Positions 53,459 through 63,263 of a DNA stretch of 64,000 bases are shown one piece after another. Within the stretch, counting starts at the first letter, position 1, and each line of letters starts with the position of its first letter. The translations under genes were made by a program, and so were the position numbers. This stretch comes from an uncultured Verrucomicrobiae bacterium (lineage in GTDB: Bacteria; Verrucomicrobiota; Verrucomicrobiia; Chthoniobacterales; Terrimicrobiaceae), in the NCBI GenBank assembly GCA_963706955.1, contig CAVPOC010000003.1:128001-192000 (forward strand), read 5' to 3'. A model generated the notes under the pieces. The model did no database searches and had not been told where the DNA came from. It worked only from the letters and a program-made list of their open reading frames with translations.

Positions 53459-54148
53459 GGACTTGTTTAAGGCTCCCCTCAACTCGTCCTTTCCGATATG
53501 CGCCGAGACTAGCTCCGCAATGACTCACAAACTTGAACGCAATCGTCCGGCAAATCGCGTCGCCAGCTGGCTTAGCGTTTCCTTGGGCGTATCGACCCCG
53601 ATGCAGCCAACCTGCGTATCTCAGCAACGGTCGCAGTGGCTTCAGCTAGAGCGGCGACACCAGCGGAAGAAATTCTGCTTGCGCGCCTGCGCGCGTGCGG
53701 CCATCCCCGCTGCGACTTCCGAATCACCCGCTCCAACGGCGATGAACTTTCGTAGCAGGTTCGCTGGCAGACCAGCTTGGTCTCTCGCGATCTGCGGCAC
53801 CGTCCGGCTTTTGACTTTGCGCCGCTTTGCACTGGCCGGTTCACCCGAGGCGTTAGAAGGCGTTCTCATAAAATAGTGATCGTTGCGACCATCTTGGGCG
53901 GGCATGACCTCACCCAACGATAATACGAGGAAGCTTCGCACCAGCTCTGGGTCGGGACAATGGCACTTCCGTGCTATGGCCGACTATCGTTCGCGGTCTG
54001 CGGACGATCTCGCTGCCAGCTTCGAGGAAAGTGAGCTCGAGCGCACCTTTTCGCCGGCGGGTAGCTCGGCTCGAATTCGCTGGGCGCTCGATAGAAGCAC
54101 CCCGATAAAATCGTTCGTTTACTTAGTTCGAACAGAGATTCCGACTAC

Positions 54149-57100
54149 TCATGAGCCGGCGACTTGAGGCTCTCTTTCGGCCGGCTTGGGGACCGATTGT
54201 CTGCGGGGAGACAGTTGGCGAATTACGACGTAGAAAACCGGCGTGAGGACGAGACCAAACAAGGTGACACCGAGCATGCCGGAGAAGACGGCTGTGCCCA
54301 GGGATTGCCGCATCTCCGCGCCAGCACCACTAGCGATCATGAGCGGAAGAACGCCCAGGATGAAAGCAAAGCTTGTCATGAGGATGGGGCGAAGCCGCAG
54401 CCGCGACGCTTCGACAACAGCCTCCCGCCGGTCGCTGCCCTGTTCCTCCCGCTGCTTGGCGAATTCGACAATGAGGATCGCGTTTTTGCAGGCGAGTCCC
54501 ACGAGGACGACAAAGCCGATCTGCGTGAGAATGTTATTGTCCATCCCGCGCAGCCAGACACCGCCTAGCGCCGCCAGCACACACATGGGCACGACGAGGA
54601 TTATGCTCAACGGCAGAGACCAGCTCTCATACAAGGCGGCCAGGATCAGAAAAACAAACACCACGCAGAGCGGGAAGATGAAAAGTGCGGTGTTACCCGC
54701 AAGAATCTGCTGATAAGCGAGGGCGGTCCACTCAAAACCAAATCCGTCAGGCAACGCCTGGCGAGCTGCGTCGGCCATAGCAGCCAGCGCCTGGCCGGAG
54801 CTGTAACCGGGTGCGGTATCGCCATCGACGGCGGCGGCGGGATAGAGATTGTATCGCTCCACGCGGGAAGGACCGGTGCGCGACTCGACAGAAAGAATGG
54901 TTCCCAGTGGCACGGAAGCGCCCGTGGCGCTCCGGGTGCGAAGCTTCCCAACGTCCTCGGGATCCTCGCGAAAGCGCGCGTCGGCTTGTGCGATGACCCG
55001 GAATGTGCGCCCGTAGAGATTGAGGTCGTTCACGTATATCGATCCGAGTTGGGTTTGCAACGTGTCGAAGACGTTCTCCATCGGAACGCGAAGCATCTGC
55101 GCCTTCGTGCGGTCGATATCAGCGTAGAATTGCGGCGCGTTCGCGCGGAACCCGCTGAATAGACCAATAAGCGGCGGTCGCTTCGCGCCCTCGGCAACAA
55201 CTTCTTGCGCCGCTTGCTGGAGAGCTACATAACCGCGACCGCGGCGGTCCTGGACCATCATTCGAAACCCGCCAAGGTTCCCCATCCCCCGCACGGGAGG
55301 CGGAGGGAAAACCAGGACGAGCGCCTCGTCGATCGCCGATACCTTTGCGCGAAGCTCGGCCATGATCTTTGGACCACTCAGGCCTTTGCGCACACGTTCC
55401 TCGAACGGAGCGAGCGCAGAAAATAGAGCGGCCTTGTTCGGCGCATTGGTTCCCGTTGTCACGTCGAAGCCCGCAAAGGCGACCACGGACGCCACCCCTT
55501 GTACCTCCCGGGCGATCTCGGTGATCCGGCGAACCACCATATCGGTTCGCGAAAGCGAAGCGCCCTCCGGCAGTTGCGCGACTGTGATGAGGTAGCCTTG
55601 ATCCTGGGCGGGGATGAATCCGGCTGGCACCTTGATGAATCCGAAGACCGTAAGAGCAAGCAAACCGATATACAGGATGAGCACGATGGCGGTGCGACGC
55701 GTAACCACGGAAACGAGCCGGCCGTAGCCCGTGGAAGCTGCCGTGAAGCTGCGATTGAAAAGACGAAAAAACCAGCCGAGTGTGAAGTCCCACATCCGCG
55801 CGAACCAATCCCGCTTTGCGCCATGCGGTTGAAGCAAAACGCCGCAGAGCGCAGGGCTGAGTGTCAGCGAGACGAAAGCGGAAAAGAGCGTCGCCACTGC
55901 GATGGTGAGCGCAAACTGGCGATAGAACTGCCCAGAAATTCCGCTGATGAAGGCCGTCGGGATGAATACTGCGCTCAGCACGAGCGCGATGGCGATGAGC
56001 GCGCCGGCCACTTCTTCCATCGCCTTGATTGTCGCCTCCCGCGGTGCCAAACCCTGGGCGAGATTGCGCTCGACGTTTTCGACCACCACGATGGCGTCGT
56101 CGACCACAATTCCGATGGCGAGCACGAGGCCAAACAGCGAGAGATTATTGAGCGAAAACCCGAGCGCAGCCATCACGGCAAATGTCCCGATCAGCGAAAT
56201 AGGTATGGCCACAATCGGGATGATCGAGGCTCGCCATGATTGCAAAAAGACCATCACGACCACAACCACCAGCAGGGCGGCCTCGAAAATTGTGTGGATG
56301 ACCGCGCGGACGGACTCTTCAATAAAGACTGTCGGATTGTAGACGACACGATATTCGATGCCTTGCGGGAAATCCGCACTCAACTCGCGCATCCGCTCCT
56401 GGACGCGTTCGGCCGTTCCCAAGGCGTTTGAGCCTGGGCGCTGCTGGATGGCCATGGCGACGGCGGGTTTGCCGTCGAGGTAACTATTGACCACGTAGTC
56501 CTGTGCGCCCAGTTCCACGCGCGCCACCTCACCCAGGTAGACAACCCGCCCATCGTCGCCGGTCTTGACGATGATCTTCTCGAACTCCTCTGGCGTTATT
56601 AGTCGGCCTTGGGCGGTAACGTTGATTTGAAAAGCGCGGTCAGTGTCCACCGGCGGCTGGCCGATAACGCCCGCTGCAACCTGCACATTCTGATTCTGCA
56701 GAGCAGTGACGATTTCCGTAGTTGTAAGATTTTGGAAGGTCAGTCGGCTCGGATCGAGCCAGATACGCATGCTGTATTCCCGCGCCCCATAAACATTCAC
56801 ATCTCCGACTCCATCGAGCCGCTTGAGTTGCTCGCGCACATAGAGAATCGCGTAGTTGCTGATGTAGAGCTGATCGTAGGAATCGTCCGGCGAAACCATG
56901 TGGACGACCATGAGCAGATCCGGCGAGCTCTTCAGCGTGGTGACGCCGGAGCGCCGCACGACGTCGGGAAGCTTCGGCTCGGCAATGGCAACCCGGTTCT
57001 GGACGAGCACCTGCGCCTTGTCGAGGTCGGTGCCGGGCTTAAAGGTGATCGTGAGCGTCATCGCGCCATCGCTCGCGCTCTGGCTCGACATGTAGAGCAT

Positions 57101-57328
57101 GTCCTCCACTCCGTTAACCTCCTGCTCAATCGGCGTCGCCACCGTCTCGGCGATGACCTGCGGACTCGCGCCAGGATAAGAGGTCCGCACGACGATGGTC
57201 GGCGGAGCTACCTCCGGATACTGTGCCAGTGGAAGGGACTGGTAGGCGATGGAACCAACAAGAACAATCAGAATGGAAAGGACCGCGGCGAAGATTGGGC
57301 GATCGATGAAAATCTTGGAAAAGTTCAT
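54149..57328 (-). CDS. RND multidrug efflux permease (HAE1)
   Basis: FIDRPIFA, AIGIVVDDAIVVVENVER, KNAILIVEFA, RLRPILMTS. Confidence 0.96.
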   Translation of the reverse strand: MNFSKIFIDRPIFAAVLSILIVLVGSIAYQSLPLAQYPEVAPPTIVVRTSYPGASPQVIAETVATPIEQEVNGVEDMLYMSSQSASDGAMTLTITFKPGTDLDKAQVLVQNRVAIAEPKLPDVVRRSGVTTLKSSPDLLMVVHMVSPDDSYDQLYISNYAILYVREQLKRLDGVGDVNVYGAREYSMRIWLDPSRLTFQNLTTTEIVTALQNQNVQVAAGVIGQPPVDTDRAFQINVTAQGRLITPEEFEKIIVKTGDDGRVVYLGEVARVELGAQDYVVNSYLDGKPAVAMAIQQRPGSNALGTAERVQERMRELSADFPQGIEYRVVYNPTVFIEESVRAVIHTIFEAALLVVVVVMVFLQSWRASIIPIVAIPISLIGTFAVMAALGFSLNNLSLFGLVLAIGIVVDDAIVVVENVERNLAQGLAPREATIKAMEEVAGALIAIALVLSAVFIPTAFISGISGQFYRQFALTIAVATLFSAFVSLTLSPALCGVLLQPHGAKRDWFARMWDFTLGWFFRLFNRSFTAASTGYGRLVSVVTRRTAIVLILYIGLLALTVFGFIKVPAGFIPAQDQGYLITVAQLPEGASLSRTDMVVRRITEIAREVQGVASVVAFAGFDVTTGTNAPNKAALFSALAPFEERVRKGLSGPKIMAELRAKVSAIDEALVLVFPPPPVRGMGNLGGFRMMVQDRRGRGYVALQQAAQEVVAEGAKRPPLIGLFSGFRANAPQFYADIDRTKAQMLRVPMENVFDTLQTQLGSIYVNDLNLYGRTFRVIAQADARFREDPEDVGKLRTRSATGASVPLGTILSVESRTGPSRVERYNLYPAAAVDGDTAPGYSSGQALAAMADAARQALPDGFGFEWTALAYQQILAGNTALFIFPLCVVFVFLILAALYESWSLPLSIILVVPMCVLAALGGVWLRGMDNNILTQIGFVVLVGLACKNAILIVEFAKQREEQGSDRREAVVEASRLRLRPILMTSFAFILGVLPLMIASGAGAEMRQSLGTAVFSGMLGVTLFGLVLTPVFYVVIRQLSPRRQSVPKPAEREPQVAGS

Positions 57329-57340
57329 GCCGCAACCAAA

Positions 57341-58495
57341 TCAACTTTTGGCCGGCGCAGCCTCTTTGAGCCTCACGGGGATTCCTGGCCGCACTCGCAT
57401 CAGACCGCCCGTGATGACTCTATCCTCGGCCGTCAAGCCCTCTTCGACAACGCGCAACTCGTCATAGAGCCTTCCCGTGGTGACGAATCGCCGCTGCGCC
57501 AACCCGTCCTTGTCCACCACCATGACAAACTTTTTCGACAAATCCGTTCCGATCGCCTCGTCGGGGATGAGCAAGGCCTGGTATGGACCACGTCCCTTCA
57601 GTTGCACACGCACGAACAAACCCGGCGTCAGCAACCCTTTGGGGTTGTCGATGAGCGCGCGTGCCCGCAATGTGCCAGTTTGCGGGTCGAGCCGGTTGTC
57701 CACAAAATCCATTTTCCCTTCGTGCGAAAACTCCTTCTCGTCTGCCAATGCAATCCGGACGGGATTGGCAGCTTCCCGAGAAGAAGTTCGCTCGCCGGAG
57801 AGATCAAGACGTGTGTACTTAAGCACCGTGCGCTCGTCCGCATCAAAGGTAGCGTAGAGGGGATTGTCCGGCACGATGGTGGTAAGCAGGGTCGACTGCG
57901 TTGATCCTCCCGAGACGACGTTGCCTTCGTCCACATAGCGGCGGCTGATGCGCCCGTCGATGGGCGCCTTGACTTGCGTAAACTCGAGATCGAGCGCTGC
58001 TGCCTTGGCGGCCGCCTGAGCCTCGGACAAATTTGCCACCGCGATTTCATATTCGTTCCGGCGGGTATCAAACTGTTCCTGGGCGATCGTGCTGCCCTGC
58101 ATCAACCTTTCGGCGCGCTGGAGATTTTGCACGGCGAGATTCCGCTGGGCTTCCGCTCGCTTGAGTTCAGCCTGGGCGCGCTCGGCCGCCGCCGCATACG
58201 GCCTGGGATCGATGACGAAAAGGAGATCGCCCGTCTTCACGACCTGCCCGTCCTTGAAATGAATGGAATCCAGGTAACCACTGACTCGTGCCCGCACTTC
58301 GACTGATTTGATCGGTTCGAGCCGTCCGGTAAAATCATCCCATTCGGTCACTTCCTTGATCACCGGCTGCGTCACGGAGACCTCCGGCGGAGGAGGCTCA
58401 GCTTGCTTTGGTTTGCACCCTACGGATGAAATCAGTATCGCAACAAAGAGGCAAAGATTTCCGCGGAGCCATCGCCGAATAAGTTTGTCGTTCAT
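57341..58495 (-). CDS. RND periplasmic adaptor, lipoprotein-like
   Basis: SSVGC lipobox-like, VEVRARVSG, APIDGR, PGLFVRV. Confidence 0.95.
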   Translation of the reverse strand: MNDKLIRRWLRGNLCLFVAILISSVGCKPKQAEPPPPEVSVTQPVIKEVTEWDDFTGRLEPIKSVEVRARVSGYLDSIHFKDGQVVKTGDLLFVIDPRPYAAAAERAQAELKRAEAQRNLAVQNLQRAERLMQGSTIAQEQFDTRRNEYEIAVANLSEAQAAAKAAALDLEFTQVKAPIDGRISRRYVDEGNVVSGGSTQSTLLTTIVPDNPLYATFDADERTVLKYTRLDLSGERTSSREAANPVRIALADEKEFSHEGKMDFVDNRLDPQTGTLRARALIDNPKGLLTPGLFVRVQLKGRGPYQALLIPDEAIGTDLSKKFVMVVDKDGLAQRRFVTTGRLYDELRVVEEGLTAEDRVITGGLMRVRPGIPVRLKEAAPAKS

Positions 58496-58550
58496 CGTTT
58501 TCGGAATGTGAGCAGCACGACCCATGCTTGATAGCATCTTAACAAGGAAT

Positions 58551-58732
58551 TAACCACAGAGCACACAGAGGACACGGAGTTTCCAACAAAAAAGGACTGG
58601 CGGGGTGTTATCCGTGCAGCCATTTGCGCGCCACAAAGAGTTTGAACTCGGCTTGCTCACTCTATGGTCAGAGGTGGCCTTGAACGCAGTTCTTTATCAT
58701 CTTCCTCTGTGTTCTCTGTGCCCTCTGTGGTT
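58551..58732 (+). mobile_element. Miniature inverted-repeat element, copy E
   Basis: TAACCACAGAGCACACAGAGGACACGGAG ... CTCTGTGTTCTCTGTGCCCTCTGTGGTT; interior across indels reads VIRAAICAHKEFELGLL. Confidence 0.78.
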
Positions 58733-58854
58733 TACAGAATTCTTCGGTCGCGAGTCGTCCGGCTGCATCGGTTGTTAGCCTCGCCTCCCTTCAAATTAGC
58801 GGCGACCTCATTGGCTTTTACCCGTTTGCCTTTCCCTGACTCAGTCAGTTCTGG

Positions 58855-59729
58855 TCAGGCGAGGAGCGGGAGCTTGCGCAGCGCATCGCGCAGTTCGAGC
58901 ACGTCCCAGGGCAGATGCTCGGTGATAGGGAGTCCGACCACATCGGTGGCTCCGGCCACGTCGTTTAGTAGCCGCACCACCTGGTCTAGCCGCATCCTTC
59001 CTTGCGGGATGCCCTCAAAGGCGTCCTCCGGGATGCTTGGCTTGTTGAACAGCAACGGCCGAAAATGCGCCGGATCGAGCACGTCGAGGTCGAAATGCAC
59101 TGCAAGATGCGTGATCGTCTGCGCCGCGATCCAGTCGAGCACCGGCTGGCTGGTCTCGGCGAGCGCCTTAGCCCCGGCAGAGCGCAGCTGAAGGCGACGG
59201 ATGATCTGGTCCTCGACCTCGTTCCAATCGTCGAGGCCGGCATGCATCACACGAGCTGGATCGACGGGCACCTTTACCTCGCCCACGAAGTCTGGATCAC
59301 CCTCACCCATCAGCATGCCCAGGACGTGGGCATGGGCGTGCGAGAAATGCTCGGGCTGCATGACATCGGGTGCGCATCGACCCAGAGCACGCCCAGCTTG
59401 CCGCCATAGCGCTCGTTGAGATAAGACATCGGCGCGAGGTCGATCAGACAATCCCCTCCGAGCGCTAGAATACGTTCGGGCGAGTGGCGGTCGATGGCGG
59501 CACGCGCCGCCCTGGCCTGCGAAAGAAGCGCCGCCCGCCCGACGATTCCCGCATCGGTCTCGAGCGCGGCCCCCTCCTCTGGGTAGGGCACGTCGATCGT
59601 CTCTTCAGGACCGTCGGCCGGAGGCGCAAGAAAGGCCAAAAGCTCCGCGCCAAAGCGGTAGGCGGGTTCGTTGCCACCCTGCCATTGCGGCATGTTGAGC
59701 CGGAGCGTTGTGGAAGTCATGTCCGTCAT
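58855..59729 (-). CDS. Arginase/ureohydrolase-family protein (indel ~59369)
   Basis: PQWQGG, LGGDCL, WVDAHP/D, HFDLDVLDP, ITEHLPW. Confidence 0.85.
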
Positions 59730-59744
59730 CTTCGTAACATTCAA

Positions 59745-59856
59745 AGGAAGGGGCAGCCATTTAAGTTTACTCTTTTCAATATCGTTCCGACCGCCCTTCG
59801 CGATGCGGGATTGCGGCATGATCTTCCTCTGTGTTCTCTGTGCCCTCTGTGGTTAA
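59745..59856 (+). repeat. Right-hand remnant of the element, copy F
   Basis: 59821-59854 is identical to 58699-58732 (34 bp); preceded by CAGCCATTT and an FNI..LRDAGLR remnant. Confidence 0.72.
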
Positions 59857-59875
59857 GGAAGTTCTCCTCCTTCCG

Positions 59876-60184
59876 CTACCGTCGTCCTAAGCGCGCTCTC
59901 ACCTCGGCCGGAACTCCGTAGTCCTCGAAGAACGTCTCGGGCCACGTAAGCTTCATGGCATCACGCTGTATAAGGACGAAAAGAACCCTTTCCGCGGCGT
60001 TATCAAGCAGCTTAGACCTACGCGCGATTTGCTCGCTATCCAGGACAGGCCGAGCAACAGCGCGATCGAACGCCCTGAGCGCCTCCAGAGAATCGACCAT
60101 CTTTCTGCAGGCTGCGAAATACGCTTCGCCTGACTCTTGCAGGATTTCCACCGCAAGCGGGTTATCTGGGTCAATGAAGACCAT
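59876..60184 (-). CDS. Hypothetical protein
   Basis: 102-aa ORF with protein-like composition; start uncertain. Confidence 0.6.
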   Translation of the reverse strand: MVFIDPDNPLAVEILQESGEAYFAACRKMVDSLEALRAFDRAVARPVLDSEQIARRSKLLDNAAERVLFVLIQRDAMKLTWPETFFEDYGVPAEVRARLGRR

Positions 60185-60304
60185 CGGTTTCTTAACGTAC
60201 TCGGCCGGTTCTCCTCATCACTGGAAATGTTATCGCTGACGCATCTCCCGAAACGGAAGAAAGCATAGGCGACAGGGACGCGTTTTCCGTCGTAGAGTTG
60301 CGGG

Positions 60305-60844
60305 GTGCCGCTGATTCCACTTTTCGCAGCGCTACTCCTCGTTGTCGCGCTCATCCTCGCGACACCATTATTGCTGTTCCTGCGTTACCGAGCCGGCACA
60401 GCGCGGCGACGAGCTTGGAGGTGGGTGGCCACCCTGAATCTTGTGATGATCGTGCTCTCGGCGGGATTTTTTTTGTACGTCGCCGCACTAACCAATTTTT
60501 GGGTTCGGGACGCGTTCAGATACTCTGTCTTCGGGCTGCTGGGTGGATGTCTCCTCGGACTGGTCGGATTAGCATCGACTCGGTGGGAACAGACGCCACG
60601 GGCGCTGCATTACACGCCGAATCGCTGGCTGGTGCTGATTATTACCCTCGCTGTGTCAGCGCGTTTGCTTTACGGGATCTGGCGAATCTGGCACGGCTGG
60701 TGGACTGCCGGATCCGATACCTCGTGGATTGAGACGGCAGGTGTCGCTGGTTCCATGGCACTCGGAGCCGTTATGCTCGGTTACTATGTTGCCTACTCAG
60801 CAGGCGTTAGGTGGCAGCTTAGACAGCGCAACAAGACTTTGTAA
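60305..60844 (+). CDS. Hypothetical multi-pass membrane protein
   Basis: About five hydrophobic segments; RYRAGTARRRA, YTPNRWLV. Confidence 0.75.
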   Translation: MPLIPLFAALLLVVALILATPLLLFLRYRAGTARRRAWRWVATLNLVMIVLSAGFFLYVAALTNFWVRDAFRYSVFGLLGGCLLGLVGLASTRWEQTPRALHYTPNRWLVLIITLAVSARLLYGIWRIWHGWWTAGSDTSWIETAGVAGSMALGAVMLGYYVAYSAGVRWQLRQRNKTL

Positions 60845-61029
60845 CTAAGGAAACTAGCGGTCGGCGTGGCGCCCCCACCTCCGCAACGCGCTCTAAGACT
60901 GAGAGAGCGATCCACACTGCGGTTGCAAGATTGAACGGCGCCATCAAGGACAACGCAATTGTTTCCAATACGAAACCTCATCCTTTCGGCAACAAAAAGG
61001 TGACCACAAAACGCAGCCCTCAGTCGGGT

Positions 61030-61140
61030 CCGCCCTCCGGATGTTCGGCAAAGTATCGCGCTCCCACCAGGCTCGTTCGAGCTGCCGGATTCGTCGGCCG
61101 AGCAGATAATTGCTCTGGTAGATCAGGCTGATGACGATGC
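61030..61140 (-). pseudogene. Possible remnant of a four-helix-bundle suffix domain gene
   Basis: IVISLIYQSNYLLGRRIRQLERAW resembles the recalled consensus CLIHQxNYLLDxQIRxLE. Confidence 0.45.
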
Positions 61141-61190
61141 TTGGGTAAACGGAGCCGGGCAAGTTCCGAGATAGACCTGTAGGGCGTGCT

Positions 61191-62102
61191 TTACTTCGCG
61201 CCTGGGCCCGACGTTGCAATGGCAGGCTGAAGCACGAAGAGGTTTCGGCGCCGTTTGCGCTTGTCGAGGGCAACCACGGCGCGGCCGTCAGGGGTGAAGG
61301 CAAGCCCCTCGGGTTTACCCTTGAGAGAGCCCAAACTCCATGATGCAGTGAGTCGGGCCGCGCCGCCGCCCACCTTGAGATCATCGAGTCGCGCAATGGC
61401 GGCTGACTGGTCGCTGAGAAGATAAAGCAGCCCATCGGGACCGACCTCGAGGTCACTGAAGTCGAGACAAGTCCTAGCGAGCCTTTCGTCCGGCAACCAC
61501 GAGGCCAGCGCGACCAAACGGGTGCAGCTTGGCGTGTACCGCCACCTTTCGCCGTCTCTCAAGACGCCACCGCAGGCGAGCCCTTGCGGTCGAGATCCTG
61601 CGGGGCCAAACTCGATGAGCGCAGCAGGCTCTTTCTCCTTTGCCACCAAAAGGTGACCGTCGGGCAACAGAGCGACACCTTCACCGCGCGACCCTTTCGG
61701 ATGCGACCATGATCTCGCGAGATCGTTGTCTCCTTCCACGACCAGCTCCATACAAGCGACGGCTTTCGACGTTTCGAGATCGAGCAGCTCGATACGCGGA
61801 GGTGACTCCTGCAGCAGCAGCACGCCCCCGGCACCATCGGCGCAGATCGCCTCAATCTGCGGATCGTCCTGCGGAAGTTGAGAGCTCGCAAAACCGGCCA
61901 CATCTATCTCTTGCCAAGGAGGTGATTGAAGATCTTCGGGAGGCAGGGCCAGCCACGCGATTTTGGCTGCGCGGTCGCCGACGGCTATCAGCGACATCCG
62001 GTGACTGTCACCACGCCGGAGGCAGATTCCAGAAACTTCACGCAGCGGCACATCGAAAACGTGCTCCACGCGAAGGTCGCCGAGGGAGTCGTGGGAGGGC
62101 AT
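61191..62102 (-). CDS. Beta-propeller-like protein (SdiA-regulated/esterase-like)
   Basis: Repeating EVSGI, IEAI, GEGVA, FSDL, PEGLA blade-like motifs. Confidence 0.65.
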   Translation of the reverse strand: MPSHDSLGDLRVEHVFDVPLREVSGICLRRGDSHRMSLIAVGDRAAKIAWLALPPEDLQSPPWQEIDVAGFASSQLPQDDPQIEAICADGAGGVLLLQESPPRIELLDLETSKAVACMELVVEGDNDLARSWSHPKGSRGEGVALLPDGHLLVAKEKEPAALIEFGPAGSRPQGLACGGVLRDGERWRYTPSCTRLVALASWLPDERLARTCLDFSDLEVGPDGLLYLLSDQSAAIARLDDLKVGGGAARLTASWSLGSLKGKPEGLAFTPDGRAVVALDKRKRRRNLFVLQPAIATSGPGAK

Positions 62103-62460
62103 GGCCGGGAGTGCCAGAGCGTCAATCTCGCACGAATCCCGCCCGGACGAACACACCGGCAATTCCGATGAGATGTCTACACACTTTTTCGGACTCTGGA
62201 AAGAAGGAAGCGGCATCACGCTGCCGTGGTGTCCCTCCGTTGGCAGCCTTCTTCGAGAATCGTCCGCGTTTCCTGCTCATCACGGACAAGAATGTTGTCG
62301 CCAAGCCTCTCCCGGACGGAAGAAAACCTAGGCGACAGGCAAGCCTCGCCCGTCCTAGAGTTCCTTGGGTGTCGCTAGTTCCACTTGCGCAGCGGCGAGG
62401 CGCACTCTCGGCGGATCGCCGCGGTGAATTTTTAGAGTGAACACCGCCGGACAAGGGGTG

Positions 62461-63246
62461 CTAAGTCAGCCGCAGAAAAACCACACAAAAGGACGCGAGG
62501 CCCGCAACGATAGCCGAGATGCCAACAAGCCGCGCGATGACCTCAGGTCGCCGGAGGAGCTTTTCCGCGGCAATGATCATCGCGACAACGATCATCACGA
62601 GCGGGTTCATGATTCCCAGAGCGAGTTGAATAGTCATCGGCGCGGCGCAGCAGAGACAACATGCAACACCTTGTTTGCACCCCAGCTGAAAACTAGTCCC
62701 GTCTTCCAGGCATGAAATGCCGCATCCAAATGGGGAGCGGCAACGCAGCAAGTGGGTCATTTTCCAGCCTGTAAGTTGAATGGCTCCTGCAGAGATCAAC
62801 GATGCACCCAAAAGCCAGGGAACGGCATGACTAACGAATTCCGACCGTATGGCCATGGCCGCAAACGTCACTCCGAAAGCATAAACTCCAACGCCAGCTG
62901 CCAACCAAATGACGAAGTATCCAAAGACCGTGCAACAAAGAAAAGCCGCTTGGCGCCTTACTTTGAGAAAGGTCGGCAGCGCGGAGGGCATCATCATCGC
63001 CACCATCATTGCGAGCCACATGAGCAGGAAGCTTGTCGCCGACTCAAACCAGCTCTGGCCCTGCATCGGCGTCCACATCATTGACATCGCCCAGCCGCCG
63101 GGCATTTCCATTTCGGAGCACATCGAGCCACAGAAATAAGCTGTCGCGGCCACGCTCGCTGCGAACGCGAGGACGCAAATCGCGATAAAGTGAGCTGACG
63201 GCGCGGCTTCATGGCAATCGGCCGAATTTTGACGCTGGTTCGACAT
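62461..63246 (-). CDS. DUF2182-family Met/Cys-rich membrane protein
   Basis: MWLAMMVAMMMPS, QLTGWK..L.RCR, CCLCC, GIMN..M, AEK. Confidence 0.85.
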   Translation of the reverse strand: MSNQRQNSADCHEAAPSAHFIAICVLAFAASVAATAYFCGSMCSEMEMPGGWAMSMMWTPMQGQSWFESATSFLLMWLAMMVAMMMPSALPTFLKVRRQAAFLCCTVFGYFVIWLAAGVGVYAFGVTFAAMAIRSEFVSHAVPWLLGASLISAGAIQLTGWKMTHLLRCRSPFGCGISCLEDGTSFQLGCKQGVACCLCCAAPMTIQLALGIMNPLVMIVVAMIIAAEKLLRRPEVIARLVGISAIVAGLASFCVVFLRLT

Positions 63247-63263
63247 CCCTCACTGCCGGGTGT

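Noticed and set aside
53520..54140. Short ORFs between the Rieske and RND genes, one with a faint Tat-like stretch
   Set aside because: Interrupted and unrecognisable; no call is supportable.
56609..57904. 431-aa plus-strand ORF and other long antisense ORFs (e.g. 13947-14777, 1420-2127)
   Set aside because: They are shadows of well-supported genes on the opposite strand in GC-rich DNA and carry no motifs.
54149..58495. RND pump lacking an outer-membrane factor
   Set aside because: Common arrangement; the TolC-like partner is often encoded elsewhere.
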